From Cycas panzhihuaensis (lineage: Eukaryota > Plantae > Cycadophyta), in assembly GCA_023213395.1 (NCBI GenBank), contig CM041465.1:233561741-233625740 (forward strand): a stretch of 64,000 nt of DNA, written 5' to 3'. This document shows positions 37,414 through 50,416 of the stretch, piece after piece; the stretch's first letter is position 1, and each line of letters begins with the position of its first letter. Both the position numbers and the translations under genes were made by a program. The notes beneath the pieces were generated by a model. It saw only the letters and a program-made list of their open reading frames with translations. It was not told the DNA's origin and did not search any database.

Positions 37414-38225
37414 TGTTGACTTAAGGATTCCACACCCTTGTGGGATCAATACACTTGTCAAGGTTACACAGCGCTATAGTCTAGTTCAGGATACTGTCAA
37501 CATGGTTATTCACATACATTCCACATCTATTTCACAGAATGATACACAACAGTACAGAAATCAATACATACTCAGCAAATCATCATCACAACACCAAGAA
37601 TACACCATTTTCCACGTAACTCTTCTTTTTATTAAGTAATCAAGTCAATTTACATAGAGGCTGGAATGCATTCCTGTGCATTCCAAAGAGCATACTGATC
37701 CTTCATTACATATGCGTACCGGATGGTACTTATCATACGGTGATGCTCCAAATGGGTCATCATCGTCATCTCCTGCACCTTTGCGTACTCGTGATAATTG
37801 GCTCTCACCCTAACTTGGTGAATCATGCGTACCTCCTTAAGTACTCATGTTGGTACCTTTTGGCTAAAGGGTTATGACTGCCTGTCATTACCGTACCCCT
37901 TCAGTCATGCGTACCCTTTCACTAATCACTTGTTTAGGCACTTAATTAATCATCTTCTGTGTCCGTACATCCGTACGTACGTCCGGCACCTCAACAGGTC
38001 TTCACTGGTCCCTTTGAGTCATGCGTGCACGCCGCTTTGGTTCCGTTACGCGTTGGTACGTATCATCATACGTGCCGTTCCGGTGCACGCACTGCCATCG
38101 TGCCTGCATGCTGATTTTTACGCGTTACGCCTCGTGCGTACCTCCGTGCGATGCACTGCACAACTCAGGTTATCTGACCTACCTCTGGTCCTCACACAGC
38201 CATTGGATCACTTTTGACTCCAACA
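37414..38225 (-). repeat. 5' LTR of gypsy (812 bp)
   Basis: TGTTGAC...CCAACA followed by TSD AACAT. Confidence 0.95.
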
Positions 38226-38928
38226 AACATATGGATATTTTGTGGCCATGCTCAAAGTTTAATACATAAATAAAAGTCTTTTATAGAATGAATGATTTGG
38301 ATAGATTTGAAAGGTACTCACCTCTTGATAACATATTTATTTGATCATAAAGTTCACTTGGGCTCAATGAATATTAGTGGCTAACTTTGTGGCTTCAACT
38401 TGTCCCTCATGGCACTTCTAGCCTTGTGGCTTCACTGCTTCCTATTTCTTTTGCCTCCATACAACCTTCTCTTCCTCCATTTGTCAAGAATCAAAAGAAT
38501 CCCCCTCTTCTAATTCATGTGTGCTTTTATAGTAAAAGGATCCACCTCCATCCAGACTATGTGAGAAAATTCCACATCAATGCTTGTGTACCATATCCTT
38601 ATCCCACCTATAGTTAGATAATTGAACTCTCAAGTAGTCTTTGAGAAGATTCTTTCTTAATAATTGTGCAACCTTAACACCATAACTCTGAGCCTTCATA
38701 TAGAGATTTTAACCTTGAAATTTGACTTTGAATCCTAAGCTTGAGGCATTTACCTTAGCAAATTAACTTCTAGGTTAATTTATTGATTAATTATACAGCT
38801 AAATTTTGTCCTGTAACATAAGCTATAATTGCTAAAGCCAACCTTGCCTCTCTAGTAACTACTTAAAAAGCCTTCCTAAATAGTAGGAGCCCATCTTTCT
38901 AGGGCAAAAATCTCTTAAAAATAATTTA

Positions 38929-39165
38929 TTAGCCCCCTCCATGGGACCACTAGATTAACCCCCCTAGATTCTCATCCATTGAGGGTATATTTCATTGCCA
39001 TTGGGTTGTCACCTAGTCATCTACATAGAAATATTCACTACACTTAATGATGCAACTTGTTATACATGTGTTCCTTTATTAGTTACAGTAACTCCATTTG
39101 ATACCAATGGAGTTTTCTTTAACATGGTTGGTGGATGGTCATCAAATTCTCTTAGGTTTCACTTC
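38929..39165. repeat. Direct repeat, copy A (homologous to 42282-42518)
   Basis: TTAGCCCCCTCCATGGGA...GGTGGATGGTCATCA alignable over ~240 bp. Confidence 0.85.
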
Positions 39166-39206
39166 TTGGTGTTGATTAGTGTTACTGGCTTTGCACACTT
39201 GGTTAG

Positions 39207-42154
39207 CAGGGTGCACGAACCTAGTTCATACCTGAACTGGGTGTAGCAATTCAGGTTCAAGCTTACTTGAGCCTTGCATTGGGTTTAGTCAAGTTGAACC
39301 TTGTCAGATAGGGTTTGCTTGGGCGAAACCCTCATGGTTGAGCCTAGTTCAACTAGTTGCACCCCTTCAAATCACTCAAAAAAAGAAAATTAACATTTCA
39401 AAAAATTTGGAGGACTCCAAAGTGTAATCAACAACTTTGAAACTAAATTGGGGTACATAAACCCACTTTTAGGGTTTGGGAGGTCATTTCAACATTTTTT
39501 TTTGCCTCCTCCTTAACAATTGATAGGTGGAGTTTGAGGAGAAACTAATTGGAATTCTTTCCAAATCAAAATCTAACACAAAGGAAAAAGTTCCATAGGA
39601 TCATGGAGGGTGTATGGATTGGATCTATCTTTGCAAAATGTCCTTGATGGAAGTATGTTACCATTATGTAGTAGAAGACAATGGTAAGGGATGGCACCTA
39701 AAAAATCCAATTCAATTTTTACAAGTCTCCTCCAATGACAGACTCATGCTACAGAGTAAAAGCCCATTTGTGTAGCTTGAAGGGATGCGGGTTTCAAATT
39801 TGCAGTGAAATAGTTCATGCCCAACGCTAGGTTTTTATTGAGGAGCAAATGAGAGTCAATGGTATACCCACAAGGAACCCCTCATCTGCTTTTGTTCAAG
39901 GAGGGCATTTTTTAATACCTCCTTTAGCCACTGTTTCAACTTCATCTTTTGTGCAACCACCTCTAGAATCATCCAGGTGAAAGAGGCTTATGCTACTTGG
40001 AACTAATCCTATACAACAAATGTTTGGCATAGAGGCCAGGGAGGAGGTAGGCTACACTATTGTAGAGTACTTCTATGGATGTGGAATTTCGTTTACCATG
40101 GCCTATTTTCCATATTTCGAAAAAATGTTTCGTGCCATTAATAATGGCCTTGCAAGATATGTATCTCCTACATATAAGAGAATTTGCACCAATTTGTTGG
40201 ATGATGTCAAGGATTGAGTGCACAAGATGGTGGAACCTATTTGTAACACATGGTCCATTAATGGTTGTAGTATGATTATGGATGGTTGGATTGATGCACA
40301 CAACCATCCTTTGCTTAACATCATTATTTCCTCTCTTGTTGGCCCTTATTTTTTGAGAGCCATGGATTGTTCAGGGCAAGAGAAGAATGTAGAATTCTAG
40401 GTCAAAGCATTATCTTTCACTATCAATGAGATTGGGTAGGCCAATGTTGTGTATGCCATCATGGATACTACTCTAGTTTGCAAAGCTATAAGTGTGTTGA
40501 TACATGCTAGGTGCACTATAATTTCTGAACTCCTTGTTATGTGCATGCATTGAATAAAATTCTAAAGGATACTTGTAGAATTGATTAGGTGGTCAAATTG
40601 ATTTTAGATGGGAGAGCCATCCAAATGTTTGTGTAACCACCACTAGGCATATGCAATCTATATCATAAACATGCACATGTAGAGTTATCCAAACTGATAG
40701 GCACTCGGTTTGCTTCTTACTTTATTCTCTTGTAGCAGTTGGTGGAGGTGAAGGAGTCATTGGGCCATATTTCTTTCAACAAATACTGAAATGTGTGGAA
40801 GTAGTTGACCTTTGAATAGGGCTTGTACATTAGACATCTCATTGTAAACACTACATTTTGGGTAGATGTCAAGTTCTTGTTGCAATTTTTGGAGTTGATT
40901 GCAAATATGCTCTAGTCTGTTTATACAGATACATCGTGCTTGGGAGAGATATACAAGGGCATGGATTACATAAGTGAGAAGATCAAAGATATTACTAACC
41001 TTTGAGATGTCAACTTGTACCCTTGTTTGTAGAGGATCATTCATCAAATGTGGAATGCTCTTAATACACCATTTCACATGGTAGAATATGTTATTAACCC
41101 AAAGTGGTATGATGTAGAAAAGGCGAAGAAAAGGGCACCAGATGAGCATTTGTAGGTGATTGTGGGGTTTGTACATGCAGTCAAGGAGATATATGGCACA
41201 AGACAAGAGGTAGTGACTATTAGAGAGCAATTTGTAGCATTTGTTTATGCATGGGTTGCATTTCAATTGCTTGCAACATTATATGAAAGGAGTTTGAAGG
41301 ATCCCACATATTGGTGGACATTGCGTGGGCATGAGATGCCACAATTACAGTGTTTAGCATGTTGGTTACTGTCTCAGGTGGTGAGTTCCTTAGCTTGCGA
41401 GAGGAATTGGAGGACTTAAAAATTCATCCATTTAGCCAGGAGAGGTCGATTGGATGTGGCGATGGTAAAGAACTTGGTGTATATTTGCAACACTTTTTGA
41501 CTCTTATCTCTCAAGGAAAAGGATTACATTGAGAAGCCTTTTGCGTGTTGGGATGTGTCTTCCAAAGACACTGCAGAGGAGGGCAAACATGGCGGCATTA
41601 CATATTGACCACCACTAAATCCAAAGGAGGGGGGCCTTAGATCTACTAGTGATGAGGATTGGGGGCATATGATCCTCTATTTGTACATGTACACTTTTCA
41701 CTTTTAGTTTGCTATTATTAGTTTATGTCTTTATAGCTTTGGCGCTTATCATTTTGTTACATAAATATCATAATGTAATAATGATAATTTGGTTTATTTT
41801 CATTATAATTGTAAATTGTTTAATGCATCATTGTGTATATATGCATTTATTAACTTTATTACATAATGATTAATCTTAGATTCTTAATGGCTATTATTGT
41901 ATTAATTTATTCTATTTTTATTTTTACTTACAAAATTATTCGAACTACCATTTTGCATGTGTTTAATGATTATTCTCTCTCTCTCTCTCTCTCTCCATAT
42001 ATATATATATATATATATATATATTCTTTTTATTTTTATTTTTTTTTTTAATTAAAAAATTAGCTACACCCTCACCCACAAACCCTATTTTTAGAGAGAA
42101 GAGTTGGATTCTTTGAACCCTCAAATGCACGAACCCACAAACCTAACAACCTTG
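39207..42154 (+). mobile_element. Decayed hAT DNA transposon (DUF659 plus dimerisation-domain transposase)
   Basis: RVKAHLC BED-like relic, WSINGCSMIMDGWIDAHNHPLLNII...GPYFLRAMDCSG, YWW...PQLQCLACWLLSQVVSSLACERNW; GAACC subterminal motifs; ends CAGGGTG / CAACCTTG are approximate. Confidence 0.85.
41974..42023. repeat. Compound (TC)n(AT)n microsatellite
   Basis: Directly visible. Confidence 0.95.
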
Positions 42155-42281
42155 AGTTCAAGGTCTAATGCAATTGGTTGTGATTGTCTTCAAATCAAGT
42201 CCAACACAAGGGTGAATTGCACTCACTAACATACAACTCAATAGGTGGAGATGGTGCCAAAATCTCGTTGAAAATAGTTGC

Positions 42282-42518
42282 TTAGCCCCCTCCATGGGAT
42301 CACTAGGTTGCTCCCCTAAATTCTCGTCCATTTAGGGCATGCTTTATTTGCCATTGGGTTGTAACCTAATCATCTATACAAAAATATTCACTAAACTTTA
42401 ATGATGCAACATGTTATAGATGTGTTCCTTTACCAGTTATAGTAACTCTGTTTGACGTTGATGGAGCTCTCTTTAACGTGATTGGTGGATGGTCATCATA
42501 TTCTCTCAGGATGCACTT
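42282..42518. repeat. Direct repeat, copy B (homologous to 38929-39165)
   Basis: Alignable to copy A. Confidence 0.85.
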
Positions 42519-42591
42519 GCATATGTCAATTGAGGTTAGGGTTGAAGGCAATTTCTTGTGATTCATTGGTCAGTCAAGTGCAACTTAAGGG

Positions 42592-45500
42592 TGTTAAAGT
42601 ATAATGTTTTATCTAGAATTAGTTGAGGGTAATGTAATAACCCCTCTTTATGTAACTTAGACAAGTGTCTAGCACGTGTCAATAGGACACAATTCGGTTA
42701 CAATTTCTCAATGTATATTTAAGGAGAACATCTCTCATAATAAAGAATCACTCATTCGTCAATCTATATTTAAATTCTAACATGTTATTAGAGCAAGTCA
42801 ATCTGCTTGTTTGAGAGAGGGTTTCCTATTGAAAGAAGATAGAGTTGTTTGTGTGGACAAGAGACATTAATTGTCAACTATCAGTGAAGGAGTCATTTGA
42901 CAGACAAGACATTTAATTTTCAAGCTAGACAAAAGACGAACAAAGCAATTGTATAGACAGTATGAAACTATATGGTCGTACGGACATCCAAAATCAAAAG
43001 TGCCTAAAAGTTTACGAAAATTAACCAACAAGTAGATCTCGTTGTCTTGAACGTTTCCTTCTGCATTGAAGTGATTTGAAGCCGTTTTCGAGGCCTTTTT
43101 GCCCAATTTACCGTCATGCGGGTTTAGAGAGGAAATTGTAGATTTCTCTCAAATCAGACCCAGAAAATGGGTAAAATCTATCACAAAACATTCCTTTATT
43201 TAATACGAAGATTTCAAATCCAAGTTTAAGAAGATTGATTGAAGATTTTTTAAGTTTGGATCATTTTTTCAAAAAACCCTAGCTGCCCCTTCAAGGTTTT
43301 CGAGGCAGTTTTCTCCCAAACAGAAAATAATTTCTCAAAGAAAATTACATATTCAGACTCCTTGAGAAGAGTACTTTATTTTGAGGTACCTTTTGCTCCC
43401 GTTCGTACACTTTCATTTTGTATGGAATTTCGTACAACTGTATGACCAGCTCCTGCCTTTGTCTAATATCTAGTTCAAAAATGGCCTTCTTTATCCTAGC
43501 TCTTGGTGAACAAGACAAGATGACTGAAAATAATTACCATGTGTGAAAAATCAAGATTGAAACTCTCTTAAGGGCAAAAAATGCTTGGAATATAACAATT
43601 GGGGATGAAACTAGACCTCAAGTTGTTGGCAATGCCCAAAATAGTTGGGAAGAGAGAGATAATACATGGGTAATAACATTAAAATTATCTATCTCTGATG
43701 CCCTTCTCATTTATGTTGAAAGATTGAATGCTTCCTTTGCAATTTGAAAAATGTTTGAAAATATGTATAGTCAAAAATGTCAGGCTAGAATCATAGCTCT
43801 TAAAGAAGAACTATTCAAATTATACATGAAAGAAACAAAAACTATTTCAGAATTCGTTCACAGAGTTATTTTAGTCAAGAATGATCTATTGAGTGTAAGA
43901 GAAAATATATTAGAATAGGAAATTGTAGAGATGGTTGCCAACAAACTCACAAAATCATTTGATGTTACAGTTAACACTATAATTAATAATAATCAAATTG
44001 AAACAATGTCTTTGAATACCTTAACGAGGTTGCTTCTGAGACAGGAACAAAGGAACAAACAATATAAGGATGGAATAGAAATAGAAGATGCTTTCGTGAC
44101 TAAACTCAATATAAGACCTATAGGAAGAGAACAAGCTCATGGACGTGCACGTACACTAGATACCAGAAGCTAATCTCGTGGAAGATGGTAGGAAAATAGA
44201 GGGCGAGGTCACTCAATTCCCCCTAGAGATGCAAGGGTTTGTTTCAATTGCGGGAAACCTAGTCATTTTTCAAGCAATTGCAGAGCATTTGATGTCCGCT
44301 ATCATTGCAGATAGCTTGGACACTATCTTTACCAGTGCTTGTAGAGGAAAGTTGAGATCTAGAGAGGGAAACGACTAGTGGGAAATTATAGCAAAGAACA
44401 AGCAGATGAAGATGAGGAAGAGATAGCCTTCATTGTTGCACTCACTGCTAGTCTTGAAGACGAAGAAGTATGGTACATTGATTCTAGAGCCTCAAGGCAC
44501 ATGATAGGGTGCGAAGATTGATTTGAATCACTCAAACCTTATTCCTCTAACAAGTCTGTAGAATTCGGAGATAAGCATCCCCTCAACATCAAAGGGGTTG
44601 GGACAATAGCTATTAAATTAAAATGTGTTGTTTAGAAAATTGGCAATGTACTTTTTGTGCCAAGTTTAAAAAAGAACCTTCTCTTTGTCTTCCAGATAAG
44701 AAAGAAAAAGTTGAGGACCATATTTGATGAAGAAGGATATTGTTACATTTTAGACATGAAGAACAATGGTGTTGTAATTGCAAAAGGAATAGAAAGCAAT
44801 GATATGCACAAACTACTTTTTAATCCTATCATTGCCATTAAGGATGTGAAAGCATACATTGCTTCAAATATTGATAATAACAAACTATGGCATTTGAAGT
44901 ATGAGCACATCTCTTCAGATAGACTAGAACAGTTGCATAATTCAGAAATGGTTGATGGACTTCCAAATATTGTTTTTCATCATTTTGTTTGCAAAAGTTG
45001 TTTGTTTGGGAAACAACATCACCTTCCCTTAAAAAAAAAAATGAATGACAAGCCAAAGATAAACTATAATTAATACACACTAATTTGTGTGGGCCCCTTA
45101 CTTCCTGCTCAATCAACGGTGTTCGATATTTTTTAACATTAATTGATGACTTTCTAGAAAAGTTTGGATTTATTTTCGCTATACTAAATCTAAAGTTTTT
45201 GAAAAGTTCAAAAAATTCAAGGCAGAAGTCAAACTGGAATGCGAATCAAAGATAAAATGCATCAGGTCAAATGGAGGAGGAGAATATATCTCAAAGGAGT
45301 TTCTGAATTTCTGTAAAGCACACGGAATAAGAAGGTAGTTCAAAACCCTTTATACACCATAGTCCAATGGAGTTGTTGAACGAAAAAACAGAACAATCAT
45401 GGAGATGGCTCATAACATGATCCGAGACAGGCAAATTTCAAAGACTCACTGGGTAAAAGTAGTAAGTATAGTCGGTTATCTCATAAATCGAAGTCCAACA

Positions 45501-47782
45501 AAGGCGTTAGAACAAATTACTCCAGAAGAAGCTTGGATTGGGTGTAAACTAGATGTAAGTAATTTAAAAATTTTCAGTTGTCAAGCATTTGTTCACATAC
45601 CAGACAAAAAGAGGCCCAAACTTGATTTTAAAAGTATAGAATGTATAATGATAGGCTATAGTAGGAATTCAAAAGTCTATAAGTGTATAGATCCAAAAAC
45701 AAATAAGATCTATATTAGTAGAGATGTTATTTTCAATGAAAAGGATATCATAGAAAATACATCAATCCATCAAGAAATTGAAGAACAACCAAAGAGGATA
45801 TTTCAAGAAGATAGAAGAAATCTTAGGAGCGACCTCCGAAGATACAGAAATCGATGATGCTGAAGAATTAGAAGGGCACCATTGTCTCATGAAAGCTCAA
45901 ACGCTGAAGAGAAAGAATCATCCTCAGAAAACTCAATCATTGAAGAGGGAAGAAAAAAGGATATCAAAATAGTATCTTAAAACAATTGAAGAAGGGAAAG
46001 AAGATCTGTTTACACATAGAATGAGAAGCCAAAGGCATTAAGCATTGTCAAGCAATATAAAACCACAGTCCTTTGAAGAAGCAAAGGGACATGAAGAATG
46101 GCAAACTGCTATGGATGTGAAGATGGAGTCAATCTCTAAAAATCAGACGTGGTAATTGGTCAATCTACCTGTCAGTAAGCCTGTTGTCAATTGCAAATGG
46201 GTATACAAAATAAAGGAAAGTGTTGATGGTAAAATAGAAAAGTATAAGGCTAGACTAGTAGCCAAGGGTTATACCCAGACAACTGGAATAGACTACGAAG
46301 AAACGCTCTCACCAGTAGCTAAATTGGATACTGTGAGAATAATAATTGCTTTAGCAGCTCAACACAAATGGAAAATCTACCAGTTGGACGTAAAGAGTGC
46401 CTTTCTAAATGGAGAGCTCGAAGAAGAAGTCTACATGAGACAACCAGAAGGGTATGTTCAAAATGACTAAGAAAACCTTGTGTGCAAACTAAAAAGGCAC
46501 TATATGGGCTAAAGCAAGCTCCAAGAGCTTGGTATGTCAAATTGAACAAATACTTCACTCAGAATGATTTTCTCAGATGCAACTCAGACTCTAGTTTATA
46601 TGCAAAGAAAAGGCAAAGGCTCATCACAATAATTGTGGTTTATGTGGATGATATGATTCTCACAGGAAGCGACATAGAGTCAATAGCAAATATAAAAGTT
46701 CAATTGGAAAAAGACTTTAAGATGATAGACTTAGGACTTCTATGTTATTATCTGGAAATAGAAGTCAATTAGAAGGAAGACTCAATCACCTTATATCAAA
46801 GCAAATACATCAAAAATCTTCTGACTAAATTCAGAATGGAAGACATCAACAACTATGCAACCCCCATGGAAACAATTACGATCTAACTCCATCTGAAAGG
46901 GAAATTGTAATTGATGCAAACTATACATGCAACTAATTGGAAGCTTGATATATCTCATTGCAACTAGACCTGATATCTCATATTCTGTGGGTCTAGTCTC
47001 TAAATATGTGTAAGATCCGAAGGTGAGACATTGAAAAGCTGCAAAGAGAATACTTAGATGTCTAAAGGGAATAACTAATCTAAAGCTCACTTATCCAAAA
47101 ATGAAATCAAACAAGTTAATTGGACTTTGTGATTCAGGTTGGACAGGAGATAAAGAAAAGAGGAGATCAAAAAGTGGATATTGCTTCTTTCTTGGACCAA
47201 CAACTATCTCTTGGAGCAATAAATAACAACCAACAATCACTCTTTCATCCACTGTAGTAGAATACAAGTAGCAGTTAGTGCCTCGTGAAGCAATCTGGTT
47301 GAGACTACCTCTGTCAGGTCTAGATCAACAACAATAAGGATCAACAACTCTATTTTGCGATAATCAGAATGCCATCAAATTAACAAAAAACCCAGTACTT
47401 CATATACGAACAAAACACATTGAAGTATATCATCATTTCATATGGAAAAAGGTGCAGAACAAGGAAATTGACCTGGCATACTGTCCAACAAATGAACAGG
47501 TTGCAGATATTTTAACAAAACTACTCAGCAAAGGCGAATTTCAAGTCCTTAGAGATAAAATAGGATTGAATAGATAAAACATTAATAACGGGTGTTAAGG
47601 TATAATGTTTTATCTAGGATTAGTTGAGGTTAATGTAATAACCCCTCTTTATGTAGCTTAGACAAGTGTCCAACACATGTCAGTAAGACACATTGCGGTT
47701 ACAATTTCTCAATGTATATTTAAGGAGAACATCTTTCATAATAAAGATCAGTCATTCTTCAATCTGTGTCTAAATTCTAACA
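42592..47782 (+). mobile_element. Full-length decayed Ty1/copia LTR retrotransposon (same lineage as 16359-21641)
   Basis: LTRs 42592-42782 and 47593-47782, degenerate PBS TGTTATTAGAGC, degenerate TSD AAGGG/GACGG; gag from 43481, integrase, RT ([26 protein letters not shown]), RNase H; many stops. Confidence 0.95.
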
Positions 47783-47826
47783 GACGGTGAATTGCTCACT
47801 AACAAATGATTCAACATGAGTATAAC

Positions 47827-48447
47827 TCTAAGTTACTAGAAACACCCCCTAAGGGGTTGTTTCTCATTTCAGAATGTCAAAATGGCTTGGAAATGCGAAA
47901 TTTGCCTGAAAACATTTCTAGGCCGTTTCTAGCATGTAGAGGTTTTTTCGGCAGCTCCTCAATGTTACACCAGCATTTCATAGGGCCCACATCCAACTTA
48001 AGTTATTTTTATTTTATTATGTTTTGATATTTTTTTAAATTGTTTTATGCGATTTTGTGTTTTTAATGTTTTGAAAATTGAAAACATAAATCAGAAAACA
48101 AAAACAAAAACGAAAAAAAAAAAAGACCACTCACTTAAACAAAAATAAGAAAGGGCAAATCCAAACTAACTTCATTAAATTTGAAGTTAACCACTTAGCT
48201 TCAAATTTAGTGAATGTAACTACATTAAATTTTAAGTTAACCCCTTAACTTCAAGTTTAGTGAAGGGAATTGTTTCACTTCAAATCTAGTGAAGGGAAGT
48301 TTCCCTTCAAATTCAAACAGTTGTGGGTAGGGGAAACCTTAACAATCACTCATGAATGGAAAGTGTATGGATGTTTCTGCGTTTCCAGGATTTTTTGAAA
48401 CTGGCTTTTCTGTGTTTTCCCGTTTTCATGTTTCAAGCTACTCAAGT
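47827..48447. mobile_element. Possible non-autonomous DNA transposon with internal palindromes
   Basis: GAAAC/GTTTC motifs clustered at opposite ends, weak terminal inverted similarity, tandem hairpins at 48172-48264. Confidence 0.35.
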
Positions 48448-49018
48448 ATAGCTTGAATGAAATGATCACAATGGTGTTTTCATTAGTCTGTGAAGGAATA
48501 GTGGAATTTATTGGATGGACTGATGGAAGAAACAAATGATTAGGTGCTGCACCTCAGACAAGCACTTGCATCAGGCTTGATTGGTCAAAGACTTATTCAG
48601 CAGATCCTTATATAACTTGTTGATATTTTCCTTAAGCTTAATTGAGGGCCATTGTACATCTTTGTTTTTTCACATCTTAGTGATTTTGGTGATGCACTAT
48701 CCATATTTCTGATGTATAGCCATGCACCACATGTAGAGGGCCAAATTTTGCTGATCTGATGTAATTGTGTATTATGTATACTATATTCTTTGTCTTCAAA
48801 TATGAAAATGCTGAAATATTTTCAAAGAACCTTTGAAGCATCTTGACTGTTTTGGCAATGATGAACGTTGCATTACTTTCACCTAAGTTCTCTACAAAAT
48901 TTTATGAATAAGGACGTTGTTATTGTTTATTATGGTGCTCCATACAGGCAGAACATTTGGGCTTTCTCAAGTGAGAGAGAATCCTAGTGCCTATAAAACA
49001 TTGTGTTTGCTGGTTCAG

Positions 49019-49147
49019 GTGGCAGCATCCTTGGATTCTACCTGTTGCTTTTTGATGCAAACTGGAACATCACATTTCATGTGGCATGGGAACTCTACAA
49101 CAATTGAGCAACAAGTGGTAGCAGCCAGAATTGCAGAGTTTTTGAAA
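49019..49147 (+). CDS. VLN: Villin exon (gelsolin repeat)
   Basis: cag|VAASLDSTCCFLMQTGTSHFMWHGNSTTIEQQVVAARIAEFLK|gtgagt; resembles plant VLN2/3. Confidence 0.93.
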
Positions 49148-49418
49148 GTGAGTTTCTGAAGCAGCCATAGCTTCATGACTTCTGTGTTTCTTTAATCACC
49201 AACTTCTTGTCAACTGCATGTTTGTCCATCTTTATCTAACTACTGCTGATGTACAAATTGGGTTGTACCAAAGATGCTATGTCTGGGCTAATTATTTTGT
49301 TGAATACTGATGGGAGCAAGCTTTAGTGCTTCATAAGTGCTGGCACTTGGTAAATTGCTTGTGAGCTGATTTTGAGCTTTATGATGGGAGTTGCAACTTA
49401 TTTTCATTCCCTTTCCAG

Positions 49419-49566
49419 CCTGGTATTAGTTTAAAAGCTGTGAAGGAAGGGACAGAACCGGCAGCTTTTTGGAATGCATTGGGTGGGAGGCAGAGTTATG
49501 TAAGCCAGAGAGGAGGACAAGAGCCTGGCAGAGATGTTCATTTGTATGCTTGCTTATTTGAGAAAG
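49419..49566 (+). CDS. VLN: Villin exon
   Basis: cag|PGISLKAVKEGTEPAAFWNALGGRQSY...DVHLYACLFEK-G|gtcagt; ends in phase 1. Confidence 0.93.
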
Positions 49567-49839
49567 GTCAGTTTTTGAGTTGTCTCTACTGAAGGCTACT
49601 TTTGGACATTACTCTCGTCCATGTGTGTATCATTTTGTTTCATAAATCACTTCTTCTTGTCTGCTGCAAAATGTAATGCAAGAATTGTTGACTTTCTCCT
49701 GCCATTTCTGATTAAGATTCAGTAGTTACCTTTCTATGAATCTTAGTGCTTTGAACAGCTTGGTGCAATTGAAATTTATAAGCATCAAAGAAACTGACAT
49801 TTGCTTCTCTTTCATTGTGTGGTGCTCAAAACATTCCAG

Positions 49840-49850
49840 GCACATTGAAG
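49840..49850 (+). CDS. VLN: Villin 11-nt microexon (G-T-L-K)
   Basis: ccag|GCACATTGAAG|gtatgg; needed to join a phase-1 donor to a phase-0 acceptor; gives GTLK where homologues have GKFQ-like residues. Confidence 0.88.
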
Positions 49851-50006
49851 GTATGGTTTGGATCCAGCCTGACCTAAGAACTTGGAGTCTCTGTTCTTGC
49901 AGTTTGAAAAGCCCACGCTTGTTTCCTCTAGATATCAGAAAAGCCCACACTTGTTTCACCATTTTGTCCATAGTTTACTTGATCAATATTGTTTGATTAT
50001 TGGCAG

Positions 50007-50147
50007 CTTACAGAAGTCTTCAATTTCACTCAAGATGACTTATTAACAGAGGATATCATGATACTGGATACCAACAATGAAGTTTTTGTATGGGTTGGTC
50101 AACATGTAGATGCAAAAGTGAAGCAGCAAGCTTTTGAGATTGGCCAG
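50007..50147 (+). CDS. VLN: Villin exon (gelsolin repeat 6)
   Basis: cag|[32 protein letters not shown]...AFEIGQ|gtagag. Confidence 0.95.
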
Positions 50148-50416
50148 GTAGAGATGCTTTGCCAATAACAATGGGTAACCTGAAAGATTTGAGTTTCCAT
50201 GTTTAAGTGTGCCTCCCTAATTAAAGTCAGGTTGTTCTAGAGATTCAAGTCTTCCAGCCTCAGTAACAGGATTAATTCCTGTGGAGTCAGACCACTTCCA
50301 AACACAACACTACAGATACCCCACTGCTATAGGCAGATGTACTTGAGGGAACTCTCTACCTCCTTGTGATGTTTGTCTAAACATGGTTGGCTAAATGTTT
50401 GTATTATATATTGCAG

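Larger units (their letters stand above)
23095..38225 (-). mobile_element. Full-length non-chromoviral Ty3/gypsy LTR retrotransposon (Athila-like or related) with extra ORF and nested insertion
   Basis: LTRs 23095-23917 and 37414-38225, perfect TSD AACAT (23090-23094 / 38226-38230), PBS 37400-37412, order gag-PR-RT-RH-INT, no chromodomain. Confidence 0.97.
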
